DNA of 19,214 nucleotides. Source: Octopus sinensis (Eukaryota). Location of the stretch: NCBI RefSeq assembly GCF_006345805.1, contig NW_021824298.1, positions 1 to 19,214 on the forward strand. Reading direction: 5' to 3'. The translations under genes and the position numbers were made by a program. Shown here piece by piece: positions 18,681 through 19,214 of this stretch (position 1 is the stretch's first letter; the number at the start of each line of letters is the position of its first letter). The notes beneath the pieces are model-generated. The model was not told where the DNA came from. It was given only the letters and a program-made list of their open reading frames with translations, and did no database searches.

Positions 18681-18722
18681 GGCGGTGCCCCAGCATGGCC
18701 GCAGCTTCAAAGAATAAAAGAA
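18681..18722 (+). mobile_element. SINE family A-type 3' tail fragment
   Basis: ggcggtgccccagcatggccgcag..aataaaagaa matches 14559-14610. Confidence 0.7.
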
Positions 18723-18723
18723 T

Positions 18724-18935
18724 CCTTTCTACAAAAGGTACAGGCCTGAAATTTTGGGGGAGAGGACCAGTAGATTTCATCGACTCCAGTGTTTCACCGG
18801 TACTTAATTTATTGACCTCCGAAAGGTTGAAAGGCAAAGTCGACCTCGGCGGAATTTGAACTTAGACCGTAGCGACAGACGAAATACCGCTAAGTGTTTC
18901 GTCCATTGTGCTAACGATTCTGGTAGCTCACCGTC
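18724..18935 (-). mobile_element. SINE family B, near full length
   Basis: Collinear with 7293-7505. Confidence 0.85.
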
Positions 18936-18937
18936 TT

Positions 18938-18942
18938 TAATA

Positions 18943-18980
<38 letters not shown>

Positions 18981-19020
18981 AATAATAATAGTAGTAATAA
19001 TAATAATAATAATAATAATG

Positions 19021-19057
<37 letters not shown>

Positions 19058-19214
19058 GGAAGAGAGAAAGAGAAAGAAAGGGAAAGAGAGAAAGAAAGAG
19101 ACAAAGAGGGAAAGAGGGAGGGAGAGAGAGAGAGAAAGAAAAAGAAAGTGAGAAAAAGAGACAGAGAGGGAGAGAGAGAAAGCGAGAGAGAAAGCGAGAG
19201 ATAAATTTAAATAA
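18938..19214. repeat. (GAT)/(TAA)/(GA)-rich repeats
   Basis: Directly visible. Confidence 0.95.

Overview
Eukaryotic, repeat-saturated intergenic or intronic DNA. The SINE families and very dense compound microsatellites look like an Octopus (coleoid cephalopod) genome; this is inferred from recalled repeat families, not from a search. I recognise no host protein-coding exon, rRNA, true tRNA gene or CRISPR array, and almost all ORFs in the track are microsatellite translations. Supported content: three tRNA-derived SINE families (about 12 copies or fragments, one a TSD-flanked tandem trimer), a 5'-truncated RTE-clade LINE with an open frame, a decayed R4/Dong-like restriction-like-endonuclease LINE 3' end abutting (TAA)n, six non-autonomous Helitron-like copies in nested inverted arrangements, a hAT end and a TIR element. 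The most notable signal is absent from the ORF track: at least four well-formed minimal type I hammerhead ribozyme motifs from three unrelated families. One has a canonical core (8888-8939, minus), one a G3:C8-swapped core (4160-4210, plus), and two a U4C core (2064-2098 minus, 14903-14937 plus); there are also decayed ones. All have a palindromic stem III and lie in short elements that run into (TA)n, the architecture of Penelope-like-element pseudo-LTR ribozymes that cleave as dimers. All folds were derived by hand and activity is untested. SINE, Helitron and ribozyme family letters (A-C, H1-H3) are my own labels.
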